A stretch of DNA of 64,000 nucleotides from Trichoplax adhaerens (lineage: Eukaryota > Animalia > Placozoa): positions 4,870,267 to 4,934,266 of the forward strand of contig NW_002060947.1 in the NCBI RefSeq assembly GCF_000150275.1. Direction: 5' to 3'. The notes under the pieces are model-generated. The model was not told the origin of the DNA, did no database searches, and was given only the letters and a program-made list of their open reading frames with translations. Below are positions 1 to 15,500 of this stretch, piece by piece. The position numbers and the translations under genes are program-made. Position 1 is the stretch's first letter; every line of letters begins with the position of its first letter.

Positions 1-766
1 ATCCTTGCACGTAGTACATGACTAACAACGTCGAGAATATCATTCATTGCTATCTTCTTACATCAGCAGCTCTCTGCACAATTTTATCGTCTATATCGGT
101 TATCCCCATTACCATAACGATGTCAATATCGAAAAGGTCAGTCATGATTCGGCGAATAATATCAAATTTAACATAGGAGCTAGAATAAATTCAAGAACAT
201 TGTACAAACTGTTATAACTATGATACTTTGTAGAAAGCATATGCAACGCAATGTGCATCTGACTGATGGTAACGACATTTGGCAGCTGATATCGTAAGAG
301 CTATGCAAGCATCGCATATTCAGTGTTGTAATGATCACGTACCTCGCATGACCTAAATGAGGAGAATCGTAAACAGTCGGGCCACACATATACCTAAACA
401 AAATGGATTGAAGACAGTATAGATTCAGTTGCATACAATGTAGCAAGGATCTCGAAGTGCTTCCATCATTCGTGCTATAGTAGTCTACAGTAAACAAATC
501 AATACAGGACAAAATGAAATACAACATGCTCAATCACTGTTAGCTATTTATTGACAGTTGAAATAGCTTATCTAACTCGATACAAACCATGTAGCCAATT
601 TATCTTGGGGTAATATTAATGAAACTTTGCTATTGGTTAAACTATTATAAACTTTAATTCCAGTATCATAGCCAGTCGGTTGAATCCATTGATTTATTCT
701 TCGACAATGGTGTTGAATGTAGAATTGAATTCTGCTTCTACCACGGTTAGTGATAGTTTGCAGCAT
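1..766 (-). CDS. CARS2: Cysteinyl-tRNA synthetase, mitochondrial type; 5' exons only (gene continues off the left edge)
   Basis: Spliced exons 766-588, 393-343 and 179-62 with GT-AG boundaries join in frame: [12 protein letters not shown]...[88 protein letters not shown], the HIGH-like HLGH and ITDIDDKI are CysRS signatures. The Arg-rich, acid-poor N-terminus resembles a mitochondrial transit peptide. Confidence 0.92.
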
Positions 767-2661
767 GACTTGTGCGTTCACTTCGATTTGATCGCTTACA
801 AATTGCAATGCTCAATATTCAAGCGTGAAAGCAGTCAAGAATAATATTCTACTAAAGGAGATATGCGTATCTGCGTCTCAGACTGTCAAGAAATGTACCC
901 TAGTTTCAAGGCGTTCCACTGCAGTATTTACTTGCAAGTGACACACACTATTGCTAATGAATATTTTAGTGGGTAATAGACAAGTTGATGAATGATCGAC
1001 CGGTACGTAACTGATCTGAGAACTATCTATCTATTTTCTTTCCATTTCTCTTCATCTTACGATAACGATTTGGTGCAAAGTGCACATTAAATAGGTTGCG
1101 CAGCTGGATTTGGATTTATACCTTTTGCCAAGGCTTACCTTTCTGTATCCAATATACTAAGTAGTGGTGCGGCTTGCGAGTCTACCCACCCTAGGTAACT
1201 ATACTATATACCGTATTACCAGTAGTGCTCATTGATCAGGTGGTTATTTCGTCGATGGTCTACAGTACAGTAAATTGGAGTACTGTAGATTGTGCAGGTG
1301 CAGACCATACATTACAGTACATAGTACTGTAATTCGAGCTGAGAAAGGTTCAGTTGTACTGTACTGTATTTCCTATCTAGTGATCGAGTCAACCCTGGAC
1401 GGACAGACACCTCCCACCTCATTTCCTCCTAATATTGTGCCAAAGTTGCCAAACACTTCCTTAGGACTCTACTTTAAGTATATAGACGGTCGATTCTGAA
1501 TGGACTGATTTTTTTACATTGAATCTTGTTATCTATTACTAAAGTGGTTGTTGGAAACAGCTCTATAAAATCGTCAATGTTATTTAAATTAGTACCAGTG
1601 ATATTGTAATAGACGTGTCTCACAAAAACTGTCTTAGTCAATGGTATTTTCTAAAAAGACTCTTATTACAAGGATTTAGGAATAATAGTGCAATACTTCA
1701 TTACTACAAAAATCTTGTCTAAAATCGACAGTATTCCGAGCTCAAAACGAAGTGAAATCTCCTCTCTCTTGCGAGCTCATTTCTGCAGTTCTTAAATACA
1801 TTTCGCTAAATCCATTTATGACAACTTGATTAATCTACAACCAGACATGAGTCGTCAAACAAAATGCTTTTTCGGAAATAGAACATCACTATCTTTCACA
1901 ATCTATATCATTCTACTTAAGATATCACTACTCTTCTATTAATGTCCAGCATCTTTCGGTGTTGGGCATCTTCACAATTACAGTGTTTCTAGTCTCATAA
2001 ATCCTATACCCATTACTCGTCAACTGGCTAACATTAGTCATCCACAATTTCTAATATAGTAGTTATTAATCATCTAATATTAGCTTCACCATAATATCCA
2101 TATATCTTTCTAAGTAACCTAACTATATCAAATATAGCTACTAACACAATCAAATGTAGCTATCCCAATAATCAAATATGAGGTGCATCACTACAAATAT
2201 AAAAAATAACACGGAAGATCCATGCTAAGTAGTCATTTTTCGACATTAAACCGCCTCAATTACTCTAAAAATTTTGTCCATCCGAGGAAAAGAATCAGTC
2301 CAGATTTCTGGTAGTCTGTACAGTGAGTGTAAAGTATTGAAAACATAGCGGTTGTTTTGACCTCTATGATTGAAAATTTGGTCTCCATAGAAACAGGATT
2401 GATAAACCGGACGCTCGAAGCATTAGCGCTACTGCAGCATACCCTGCGTATACAGAAATAGCTAACAGCATAGGCGTATATCCAAAATAATTCTTGCAGA
2501 TCAGTGCGATTTCAGCTACTTACTGGACATTGAACAAAAAAAATTATTTCTCTTTTAATTAAACGAAGAAAATAGGTACGACGACAACATCCTCCTATCG
2601 TTTTAGTTAAAATTCAATACTGTTATCCACTCATGAACAAGCGTGCTCTAATTTGACCGTG

Positions 2662-4042
2662 ATGCACCGTCAAAATTACCCACTCTCAGTGTCTGCTGGA
2701 GGAAGACGATCCCACGGTCCTTTGGTACTTTGTGGAGAAAGATGCCATGTTAGGTACGCAAAAGACCAAAGGAGTCTCGATTTTGATTAGATAATACAGG
2801 AGTTGGCTTGGACACGCAATAATATTTATAGTTAATAGAAATTGCAGTAATCATGCTCTTGCTCAAGATTATATGGTGACTGTACACGAATGTAAAAAAT
2901 AATAGTATTTGATATCCATATATATGATTATATTTACGTAGTATCAACAGCTATTTCAATTGTCGCATATTTTTCATATTATAATTTGACCTAATTTAAT
3001 TGATGTTGACATCATGTAGCTAGAACATTGATTCATAGCGAACAGTCGATTTATTTTAGGTTCACTCAGTTTAGTCTAGAGATCGGATTTTTAGTTACTG
3101 TAGCCATATGAATTAGGAGAAGGAATATCAGTAATAATTTTTTTAATTGTACTGTTGACAAATGCCTTGGTAAGCATTGTGAGCAATGGAATTGCATTTC
3201 TTTACTCATTATAGACTCTGTTTGTAATTATGAGAGTAATCTACATCACCATCTTATGGGAACCTACAGTTTGAAATAAAGTGTTACTGTTTTCTTCATC
3301 GTTTCATTTATTTTAAATACATTTAGCTGAAAAATTGTATGTCTAGCATAAAGTATCTATGTAAGAATTGACTAATTTTCATTTTTATTTCTGTATTGTA
3401 TTTAAAAGGCGTAAAGCCAGCACCCACAGGACAAAATCAGAATTAACAACAACAACTTTAAACCTTTCGCAAAATGTATTAAGATCGACTAGGGGGAAAG
3501 TTAAAGAGGAACAAGATCGCAATGGGGGCTTGAATGACTCAATGCAAAACGAGGAAATTTACGTTAAAGCCTTAGTTAATAAAATCGACGAAATGTTAGC
3601 TGAATCATCACCGAGAGATACATTTAAATCTAATCAGATAAATTTTAATGTTAATGAATCTAATCAGATAGACAACACGATTATAAATTCGTCAGAGTTT
3701 ACAACGACGCCTAGCGTGTGCGGATACAATAAAACAAGCTATACAGACACTGATATTAAGAGTATCAGTAATTTTTCTAATGAAGAATATACTAGCCCTT
3801 ACGAAGGAATACTTACGAAACTGAAATTGAAACAGCTTAAACTAGAAGAATCGAGTCTTTTGAAAAGGAAAGAAATTATTGAGAAAGAAATGAATAGACC
3901 GCCAAAATCTAAATGGTATGAGAGTAAAGGAATTGATTTTCATGTTGAATCTCGGCTAAACAGCTCAAGACTATCAAAAAGCCTTGACAGTGGCACAACA
4001 AATAATTCTACATTGTTGGCTTATTCTCAAGACTTTATTTAG
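2662..4042 (+). CDS. Uncharacterised two-exon protein (~241 aa), divergent from CARS2
   Basis: ATG at 2662; exon 2662-2753 (MHRQNYPLSVSAGGRRSHGPLVLCGERCHV, donor GTACGC) splices in frame (AG|G = Arg) to the acceptor at 3408/3409 into the 224-codon ORF ending TAG at 4042. A coiled-coil-like stretch (LTKLKLKQLKLEESSLLKRKEIIEKEM) is followed by RPPKSKWYESKG. Confidence 0.6.
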
Positions 4043-6541
4043 ATTTTTTAATGACAAGCAGTATCATCTCTATGTGCTATACTCGAGAAGCAGGTAGATA
4101 AAATAATTGGCAAAGGTAGTATCAGCTGCCTTCTACAAGTTATATTGCAAGGCCAATGCCAGTTTCATCTTGATAGCAGCAACATTTACAGAGATCTAGG
4201 TAAAGAATTATTAAATTTTAGATAACTATATGCAGAATTAAACGTTTACATCAGCAAAAATTAATTTTTTGGTAGTAAATGATAATTTGACAACTAAAAT
4301 CATTCTACTGTATACTGAAGTTCGATGATTGGTTAATCCGTTAAATTGCCGTTTCATTCAGAATTAGTTATCTCGATATCAAGTACATAACCATATTTAT
4401 GCAACTACATTATGCCATTTCATTTATTATAGCTTTATCAAGTAGATATAGACATCAATTTTATATAATTCACTGTATAGCAACTTCGATATAGAATATT
4501 CTATCACATTACTATGTGTTATGTGATGAAGATTCTTGTTTTTGTATTTTAACCATAATATACTCCATTTTCTCTGTAAAAGGCTCGATAAAATTAGTTA
4601 AAGTTATACCTTTTTATTCTTATCGCACAGATGGTACGTTCTGTACATGTAATTAAATTGCACTATTGAATCTCTGATAGCAATAGTAGGTTATAAATTT
4701 ATACATTTATGCAATTCATGTTATGAAAAGCTATAATCAGTTATTATATGTACGTATTCTAATTTGGTCAAACATAGCTTCAAATACTAATCTATATGAT
4801 AAAATTCTACATGAAGCTGATACTGGAGAACACTATAATTATATAGAATGTTATTATTGAAAATCTTATTCAGTATTTGTTATATTATCCGTTTACATAA
4901 TGGTGCTGAGCATGCTAACGATGCAGAACACTGAACAATAAAAGACATGGAAAAAGTATTTTGAATATCGACGTAAAAGCTATAATTTCCTGACAAATGC
5001 TATTTAAGCCATAGATCTGCTTTCTTGATCCATAACCAATTCATTAAGACATTGTTAATGCTTCAATTACAAATGCTGCTTATGGAAGCCCGTGATTCTC
5101 CTTTATTTTGTTAAAATTTAAAACGTTCGATGTGAAATTTATTAAATTTGGACGAGGTTGTACCTGTAAAATAATTTAAATTTCTTCTCTAAATCATAAA
5201 GTATATACAACAACATGAGTGGTTATAACCATAGATTCATTATGATTTATTAATAAATACAATGTCGCGTAAGACAATTTCTCATGAAAATTTAATATGC
5301 CTTTCATTGTATCAGAAAAAGAATCTGTTGCGGATCATTCTGCGATACACATTACCTAGAGTCTTATGATTTCTGTCTATCCATTAGAAATTTGATGGTC
5401 CAGACAAAGTATAACTGTAAACTAGCTTTTTTAGATGGTAACAAAACAAATAAAAACCCATTGCTTTCAATTTAGCGGCCATCAAGTATACGTTTTCGCT
5501 TCACACAGAGTTGAGAAAAAATCTTACAGACACCAAAATAGTAGTATATTTATATGAGTTACTAGGTCTACCGCAGAAGTCCCTGCTCGGTTCTACAATG
5601 TAACAAACAATAGCCAACTATAATCAATTGATCTATTTTAATATTTATTATTATCTGCGAGTGACTAACATACGAATATTTTATTTATTAAATGATTTTG
5701 ACGTCGTAATATTAATGTTGTTCTATGCAATTAATCGAGACAGTAGACTGTAAAGTGATTGGATAGCTGATAATCATATTGTTTCTAGTCATGTTTACAA
5801 TATTGAAACTTTTTGACTTCGATTTAAAGCTTTATCGTTCAATTTTTTTACAATACTTCGGATGTTGAAGATAGTTAAAATAGAGTTTTTAATTTATAGG
5901 TCTTAATATTCACGCTCACACTTACCTATTTTGAGGTAAATTAATGTATAGATCTTAGATAAGCTAAAATTTATTAATAATTATAATTGTAAAGTTTTAT
6001 ATCTAACTTTTAAAATAACTCAACTGCAAAATGCATACTTTAGGAATTTTCAACTGAGTCGGTTGCAATGGCAAAAGTTCGAAATTGTTTTATACCTCTT
6101 ACCTTCTTTTCCTTACGCGCCAATATATGGCTATTTTTGATATTATTACAGAACTTATTGCTTAATCTAATGGTCCATTTATAAATATTACAGTAGTTTG
6201 GTCACTGTTAAGAGGATAGAACCAATAGTGCTAACAGTGCTAGATTTCTATAATGTATAATACTTTTAAATATTTCCTTCAAGTTACCAAAGTATTTGTA
6301 AATCATTCGTGAGCATTTTAATTTTAGGCTATTATAATTGCACAAGTAATAAGGCTTTTAATAATAAACCATTTTTATATTCCGTTGTTAATAGTGAATT
6401 AAACTATTTACTTACAGATCTTCTACACAACAGAGCTACACATGCCGAAACGAAATTATTAAATCACATTCAGGTCTCCTATTTGTCATTTACTATTCAT
6501 TTTTCCTATCTACAAACTGCGCTTTAAAGTTATCAGTCATC

Positions 6542-9500
6542 ATGTACCTTTCAATTTGGAAAATTATGGTTATTATTCTGAATGTCTCTCATCAGTTAGT
6601 GGGTAAGTGAAGATAATTTAAAATGCTACATTGAGCGTTACACATGATTGACAAAGATGTTAATTTGAAACAGTAGCACTATTTGAATATCATAGTCATT
6701 CAGTTTCATTTTATGGATCGATCATTTATAGTCAAAACGTTATGAAAAGTTCGATCAATTTTTAGAACTTTTAGTACTTATACCATCTGAAATATTTTAA
6801 TATTATCCTTTTAAATATTGCATATTCAGCAACATCGAATAGCTGCAACCCGTTTTGTTCGTGTACAAAGGAAAAAATTCAGTGCTCAAATTATCAGCTA
6901 CAAACAATTCCTGATATTGACATCGCTAAAGCAAATATTGCATCCATGTAAGTACCTCACTTTAATAGCATGATTTTGTACAGATATGAGAATTCTTAAG
7001 TTATTATAATAGGTGGATAATGTAGAAGTAGGTTGAAACAAGTAATATTATGAAAATATGAGATGATCTTAGTTTACATTAGATTTAGATTAAATTCTCT
7101 ACGATAATCTCTCTTTGATCTTACCAGTGGTAAAGTAATAAATTGATATTGAAAATTTTTTGATTTCATTGGCCGTTATCCTGTCACATTTTTCGTTTAT
7201 CAACTTCAACGCTACATATGTTCTTATCGCATTTGGGATAAATATTCGAAAACTTCACGAAAGATCAGTATTATTTTAGGCTAATTAATAATCATCCCCT
7301 TAAAAGCAACCTTGTTGTATTAAACAGACACACTTGGTAAAGTTCATAGTTTTCTCTTTTTAATTATCCTTCCATAGATGCCACTCAAATTTCATAATCA
7401 ATCACTGACAAATTCATCATTGAAAGATTTATTTTAGCAGATTTTAAAGACTGGGAAATATCTTTCAAAATAATGCATTAATACTGTCTGATAACATTTT
7501 TACTTTAAAATCTCTACCATAGCAAAGTTTATTTCCAGATATAGGTGTACAAAGTCATCACAACGTTATATTTTTCACCGAAAAATATGTATCGCTGCAG
7601 TAAATGAAATATTTTAGATGTCATTAAGAATATATTATTATAACAAATTCTCTCCGAAGGGCTTAAACAACTTAATGAGCACAGATCTTATCAAGTTGAA
7701 TTAAAATTTCATATTTAATTCAAGCCTATCACATTGACTGATGCTGTTGATATTAAGTTATGTAAGCAAAATACTTACAGAAGTGTAACTAGACTAATCT
7801 GTTCATAGTTAATTTACACTGAAAAATGTCGAGTTAATTTGAAAAATTTGACCTTTCTACTTAAGCTACCTTTCGTTTGCTTAAAATTAATCCATGATGA
7901 AATCCATAACTGTTCACGATACTTCAGATTAGAATTTAAATCATTGATCGATGCTATGGCAGCTATACACTACATATTTTAAATCATATCTAAGAGCAAT
8001 AAATGAATGAATCATCAACTAGGATGCTTTAATTCGTAATCATCAATCCTAGATATCGATTTAATTTATTTATTTCATAGCTAAAACGTTTGCATATGGC
8101 GGTTAAGCGAAATTATCCAATAGATATCGCTACGTTTGCAATGGCTCAATTCTTCCATTCTATCTGTATTACTTGTATCTAATACGCACACTATACGCTA
8201 TTTTGGTTAAGATTAAGGAAATTTCCAGAAGCTGCGTTGAAGAATAGTACAGTTAAAGATGTAAATAGCCTTAAGTAAAAGCTATTCACGAAGGAATTCA
8301 TTTCTTATCTAGCCCAAGTTCTACTAAAATCATACCAAGTAATTTTAAGATTCAAGTATCCAAAGCTTATTAGTAGAGGAGTGGGAATGATTATGATATT
8401 GTTAATTGTGTTGTATCAAACTGATGTGAGGTTAGAAGTTTTTATTCTAAGAAAATTTCCGCCAGAGATAATATGAATAACCTTGTAAAAACTTGATATG
8501 GTATTTTATGAGTATCATATGAACCATGGAAAAGAGTCCAATCTAAAATCTAGATTTACTCTTGTATATCCTGTACGAGTAAAAAAATATTTTTAATTCT
8601 TTTTATTAATTATTGTTCACATTTAATGGTCACAATATCCTTCAATCCATTATTCAAGACCTGCCCAAGTTAGCCTTTATGTTTTATTGACATATTTCTA
8701 TGATATACTAAATTCAATGGAAATGTCATATTTAAAGTATTTTAGTTCCATTTTTAAAGATTGATTTAAAAAAAGGTTTCAGGAAGATGTTGAAAATAAT
8801 GGTTAAAAGGATATTTAAGACTACAAAATCTGATATGAATCGCTATCTTTTTACGCTTGTATATCCTTCTTAGTAAAGATAACATTGAGAAGAAATATGT
8901 AAGCACTCATTGTTTTTGCATAGGTTGATTTATTTCGGTATATAGAAGCAAGGCAATTTTATTTATTGTTACATCAATCTAAATCGAAATTTATTGCCAT
9001 CTGTTTCATTGTTACTACTTATAATTTCACAATTATGTGATAACAAGACGAGTTTAAATGAAAAATAATTTTGCAATCAAAGAGAATGACGACATTTCCT
9101 ATTCTTTTGATCACATAACTAATTCGTCTCTGTTCTTATTAATAAGCGCTAATAATAACATAAGAAATAACCACCTACTCAGGGAAGGTGAATTTGCGTT
9201 GTAAAAAGAAGATCAAGATTATCTTAAAAAACTTTTGGGCTAAGAATTACATTTATTATTCCGAGTAGAAATACAGGGGCTAGGCGACAAAAGTAAAATT
9301 TTAACAATTTTATTATTAAAACATTTTGATTCTAATTTATCAATATGTAAATACTAAAATGTTACCATTAGGCTTTAAACTATATTAATTCTAGGTACTC
9401 TGATTATTATTACCTCACGGAATGCGAACACAGTAAATAACTGATACCGTACTAAAAGATTTTCCTTCGATTTTATTTTCAACCTTACTTACAAATATCA

Positions 9501-12500
9501 AATTTATGCGAGCCAGTCTCAAAACTACAACAAAAAAATCATAATGCAATTGAATAGGTGCAAATTGCTATGATGTAAAAGTGAGCTTAGCATTACAACC
9601 TCTTTCAACTACTACAAACACGCTGATGATCCTAATATTTTAGAAAATCGAGGGCTTAAAGCTTACTAGTAAAACTCTCACATTTATCATCAATGTTACT
9701 AAAGCGATTTATAGATTTAAAATAAAACAATTAATATTATTAACCAATATACACTGCCCTAACTGTTACCGGTATATAACTAGTTAGATTGATATTTAAA
9801 ACTTTTTCGATAGTAGCCACAAGCGACAGAAATTTATTTAGAGTTATGCAGCGTCTATATTAATTCATCACAGATTTAATTGCTGTCATATGAGTTGTAT
9901 CTATTTATAACTTTATCAATCACTGAAAATATTTTTGTAAAATCAATCAAGTAGAAATAAATTAGATTACATCTAATGTCATTTAGATTCAAATCCATTT
10001 TCTTTAATTTGTTGCTTGTGTCCACATGTAGGATTATTTACCGCGTTTCTATTGTTCCATTAGCATAAAAATATTCTTGTGATACCTACCGTATAGATAT
10101 CTATTTCATTGAAGCTGTAAAAAGTTTAAAACTATAAGAAGCAGCATACGTACTGTCCTTACCGTAGACGTCTAGAACTTTACGTAAAAGGATGAAAACG
10201 TCATGAAAAATTATAAAATTCGTTCATTAGATAAAATTTAGGCCTGTACCAACAAAATTAAAAAAAGATAAGTTAAGATGAGTGAGACAGTGATGGTATT
10301 TATGCTAATTAATAAATAACCAGTATGAAAATCATTCTGCTAAATTAATGTGTTAAGATTAATTTTCGTAAGCGATGATCAAATGATAACACTGGTGAAA
10401 TAATTAAAACGACTAAGGCGACATCGCGAAGTGACTTTTGTAAATTACTTATCTTATTTTCGATAGTAAACATAATTTGGTATTCATTGATACCACCGTT
10501 ATCTACTAAGTTTTTATAGTTTTATAGTATCATCTATGTAGTAACAATTAATATTTATTCACATTTACTTTAAATCAGTAGAATTTTTTATTAAGGATTG
10601 GCTTAGTTTCATCACAGTGGGGCGTATAATTTACCATAGCCTTCTGACTAGGCGAAGATTGCCAGTATTTATAGTCGTACTGTTGGTAAATGTAAGAGAG
10701 GGAATTTCTGACAGTAGGCTCGAGGTTTTTAACTTACTAGACTTAGTTAGATTTCTTTGTATAAATTTCCATTTGTAATAGGCGATGATTTTGTTTATTT
10801 TAAAATAATTTAAAAAGAGACTTCATCTGGAGATACAGAATGAACATTTTAAATGATTAGACATGCATATAACCTTTTACTTTCCTTGCTTCATAACGAA
10901 ATGCTCAATTATTAAAATTCTTAACACTTACGAGTGTTCAGCTCTAAGTAGAAATAGGCACAGTAATTCTAACTGAGACGATATTGCACTGAGTTGTTAA
11001 TTGGAAATCAAATTAAATTCAGACTTTTCAAATTTAAGTTTCGTAAGCAAGGTATCTGCTATTACTGATACTTGCTTTTTAGGTTTACCACTGGCAATAT
11101 CAAGAATACTGCCCATAAGAATTAGTGATACTGTACTGAAAGAATTTTATCTTTACTAGAAAACTTTTAGTAGGACAACTGATTATGAATCACGTGGCTT
11201 TGTTAGCGACTCTTACATACGTTAAACAAACATTCGTTGTTAACGCAGTGCTATTTGAATTTGAATTTTAAGAAGTGGAAGCGGATACAGTCACTATTAT
11301 AATAAATATTCAAGTAACTCTAGCTGAATTATCAAATTCAAAATTTCCAACCACTTTAAGGTTACAAATCAATATTTGTAATCGCTTTTATTTCCATCCA
11401 ACTTTCCTCATAAAATTTTCTTACTTCATGTTTGTCTCCATCGTTCATCTAGGGGTTTGCCTTTAAATAGCTTTAACAACAATCGATAGCAATTACCAAT
11501 AAATTAATTCCTGATTAGTCATGATGCGTCTTTCATGATATTGATTACATTACTTTACAAACAATTTGTAGGAAATGCAACCAGTACGTAATATTTTCTT
11601 AAACTTTAAATTTTATACTTTAAATTTTATAGATTAATAGTTATCTAATTCTTTTTAATTAACATTAATAAAGGATTAAAAGGAGTTTTTCATAAGGTAA
11701 ATTTTTATGCTAGCTACATCTAAATCCAGATGATATAATTAATATTCACATTTACTATAAGTCGAAAGTTAAAAAATATTTTAAATGACAAAGGCCGAGA
11801 ATTATTTATAATTATTGTGACGTACTGTCGATATGTCTACTCCAGTCAGTAATAATTATGTGTTATGTCATTACCATATTACGCAAATGAAATGATTTAA
11901 TGATACCGCTTACAATGTATAGAAAAAATTCTCGTCTAATATAATTTTGCTTCCTTAATTGAGCTTTCCAATGGCACTAAAGAAGAGAGATTTTTTTTAA
12001 TTTCAATATGGAAAGCACTAGTTCATAACATAACAAGAGCAGATGTGACCCGCGTCTTCATAAAAGACATTACCATTTAAATATCGGATCATACCTAAAA
12101 CATAATTATCGCGTTGCATCGAAATAAAAAATAAGATAGATGAGGTTGATAATATAAAAATATAGCGTTAGAGAAAATACAGTTGCTACTACTTTAATGC
12201 AACTTAATGTTCAGTTATGGCAATATTATAACTTGGTATATTCTAATTTATATCGATACAGTCCGAAGCCATATTATAGAACTAGATAATCTATAGAATT
12301 CAGGTATTATATACCATTAGATACATTTCCACATACTGCAGATTATTCTATTTTAAATTATTGCTTCGCTTGTATATGTCTTGGCCTTCTCTACAATTAT
12401 AGTTCATGGGGATACTATAACTATGCACCCAGAAATAACTATGCCAATTTAAATAGTTAATGATAGAATACGTACTTGTACGCATATGATTCTACTGCCA

Positions 12501-15500
12501 AGTTTCCTTGAATAATTAATTTTTCAACTGAATAGCTGTGAGGAAACGAATATCTTTTGAATGGGAAGTTTACTTTCCATACATCAAATTTTGCCTAAAA
12601 AATCGCCAATTCGGAATTGCTTAAAAATATTTTATAACAAAGATTATGATTACTTACAGTAATGATTCTTCCATCATTTGCTACACAGGATAGTGAATCG
12701 CTTTTAAGACAAGATATTGTTATTACTGTTGTGCTCGAGGCAAATTTCCTCCGTTACAAACATTTTAAAACTTAAATTAAACATTCTCGTATATGTCAAA
12801 TCACAATGACTTTTACTGTTCAAACATCTTCAGCTATACAGAGGGTAGTATACATATAAACAAGTACAATAGTTACTGACATTACCTCTTAAAGTTTGGC
12901 TTTTATGAAGCTAAGAAAATTATCAATACTTTTTCATACGCAACACTAGTTCACTAAAATTCTTGAATAAGTTAAACTTCAATGCTGATAACTCCAAGTG
13001 TATAATTTTCTTTATTGCATCATACATAATACGACGATAAATAGGTCCTAATGAGTAGAGTATAAATAATAAAATAATTTTAGAGGTATGCAAACTTTCT
13101 AGCAGGAAATGTCATGCAACAGAATATAAATCTATTTAGATACGTCCGACTACTAAAATACATAGCTTATATGCTCCATGATATAATAATTCCGTGATAC
13201 GCTATCAAAAATAGTTTCAATTAGCATTTAAATTATAATTATAGACAAAAAGTAGACCGTGGGTCTTTATTTATATACTTCGCATCACGAAATAAATACT
13301 CAGAATTTTTACTAAATGAAGAACTGCGTCGCGAATTACAAGTAGATAATCCGATTTCGAGAATAGATATTATCTATTGATATTGTAAAGCATTAAGTTC
13401 TGAAGGTAATAACAATTCAAATTAAAGCTAATTTTGTTCTCCGTATCCGTACACTCAAGGATTGAAATGATTATAATGTGTTATTATTACACAATATGAA
13501 AGAATAACATATAATTGACGTTGGCATTGACTTAAGAATAATAAACTACAACAAAAATGAGATTTAATACATGAAGTAAATGAATTGCGCAGCGACTTCG
13601 TTCAATGAGCCATTCATAACGTCAAGGATAGTTGGTTTACTGTAAAATTATCTTCTGTTACCCTATAGTAAAGATACCATAAGATTAAAATTAGTTCATC
13701 GTATTTAGTTTACTGCCTTATTAGCGCATATTTCGCTCATAAATAATTTTAATTTACAGAAAACGCAAACAGCATAAGTTTTATTTTATCTCAAAGATAC
13801 TCTGTAGTTTTTATTAATTAATTTATCCGCAAAATCATATTCAAATATCATTACCTATTCTGATAACTGTGAAAAGAGGTATTGGTTTTTAATTTTCTCT
13901 ATCACTGATAATTGTTTCGTAAGTAACAGAGTAAAAACTGTAAATCTTTGATTACCTGAAACCTAATCACTTATTTATTTTAAAACAAACGGAGTCTTAT
14001 TAATATTATCTATTCTAATTATATTCTTAGGTCTATCGTAGATGCAAATCTTATTACATTAAGATCTAATAGCTTTGCTAGCTATGCAAATCTAGTAAAC
14101 CTGTAAGGCTGATTTTCAATTTTAATTTAATGTTAAAAATGTGATTATAGATGATCTTTATAGCTAGTAGATTTATATTTTATCCAAAATATGTTTTAAA
14201 AATTTAATGATATTTGTTGCAGTACTATAGTCGATAGTAAAATACGAAGTTTGCAAGATTACGGATTTTCAAATTTAAGCCATCTTATTAATTTGTAAGT
14301 CATTGTATTAATCATCTCATAAGGTAATCATTCACGTTATAGCGTATTTACACATTTTCAATTAAATATAGATAAAGTTATGGTTAGTTGTGCTAAGTCA
14401 CTATATAACTGCCAAATAATATAATTTATATGACTACACCCCAGGGATCTTACCTATAATGAATTGGATAGCTTGAAATCCCCGGAAACATTCTACGGAT
14501 TAGAAAATTTGCGAACATTGTAAGCTGTCACTCATTCACATCTTTTATTGATGTCGGCATAATTTATTTGGCTTGTTACTAAAGGCAGGTATTTCTTGAT
14601 GTACATTTATAATTAGGAAAATTGTATTTAATCGAATTCACTCCGTGGATTATGGCGTCTTTGCAGCTCTGAAAAGTTTAACATCTTTGTAAGTAGCATT
14701 AGAACTATTTAAAAATAATTATATCTATTTGTAGAAACTACTAATACCTATAATACCATCAGAATCTGCCTTGTAAAAGGGTTACTTGCAGCTGATTAAT
14801 GCCTTCAGAAGGCGCTTACTGAATTTGATTGAACAGTCCTCAATGATGATTAGTTGAAAGACTGTTTATTCGCGAGACTGTTAGCGAATTATAACGATAT
14901 TAATGCTAAAGCTGAGTCAATTCTTGATTTTAAGAAAGTTAGAGGAATAATTCTGAATAGACTTCAACATAGTTATCGCTTGCAAATACTCTAATTGATT
15001 TAAGAAACATTTTAGGATCATTTTAGTACGTTGTACAAACTGAAGTTACCTTAGGTGTAAAGCTCGGTTTATGTGTGGTAATTCAGGTATCGATAATCAT
15101 AATATACGGTAAGAAATTTAAATAGTTTTGGCCTTTATCAACAAACTTTCTCCAACGATTTCACCTTACTTCTGCATATTCATTTCTGCACATGATATTT
15201 CAAAGTATAGCAGTCTAGATATTAATGACTAAAGTAGAAAAAATTTCTTCATTAGCCGAGATATTAATTGGGTATATTTCCGAAGATAATTTAAGCATAT
15301 AAGTGTTAGAATATAACAGCAGGAATAAAACTACTATGCGAATTGCGGTTGATAGTACTCGATTTGATAAAATATCGCAGGAGCATGTCAGGCAATCATA
15401 TTGCAAGCCTAGATCGGATACATTTCCACGGGTTAAGCAATCTAGCCGATTTGTAAGTGATAAATTTTGTTAGCTCTGTTATTAATATAAAGAAAAACCT

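Noticed and set aside
1850-2180. C-skewed tract weakly resembling the reverse complement of the G-skewed spacer at ~58970
   Set aside because: Only a short imperfect match in low-complexity AT-rich DNA; homology cannot be supported by eye.
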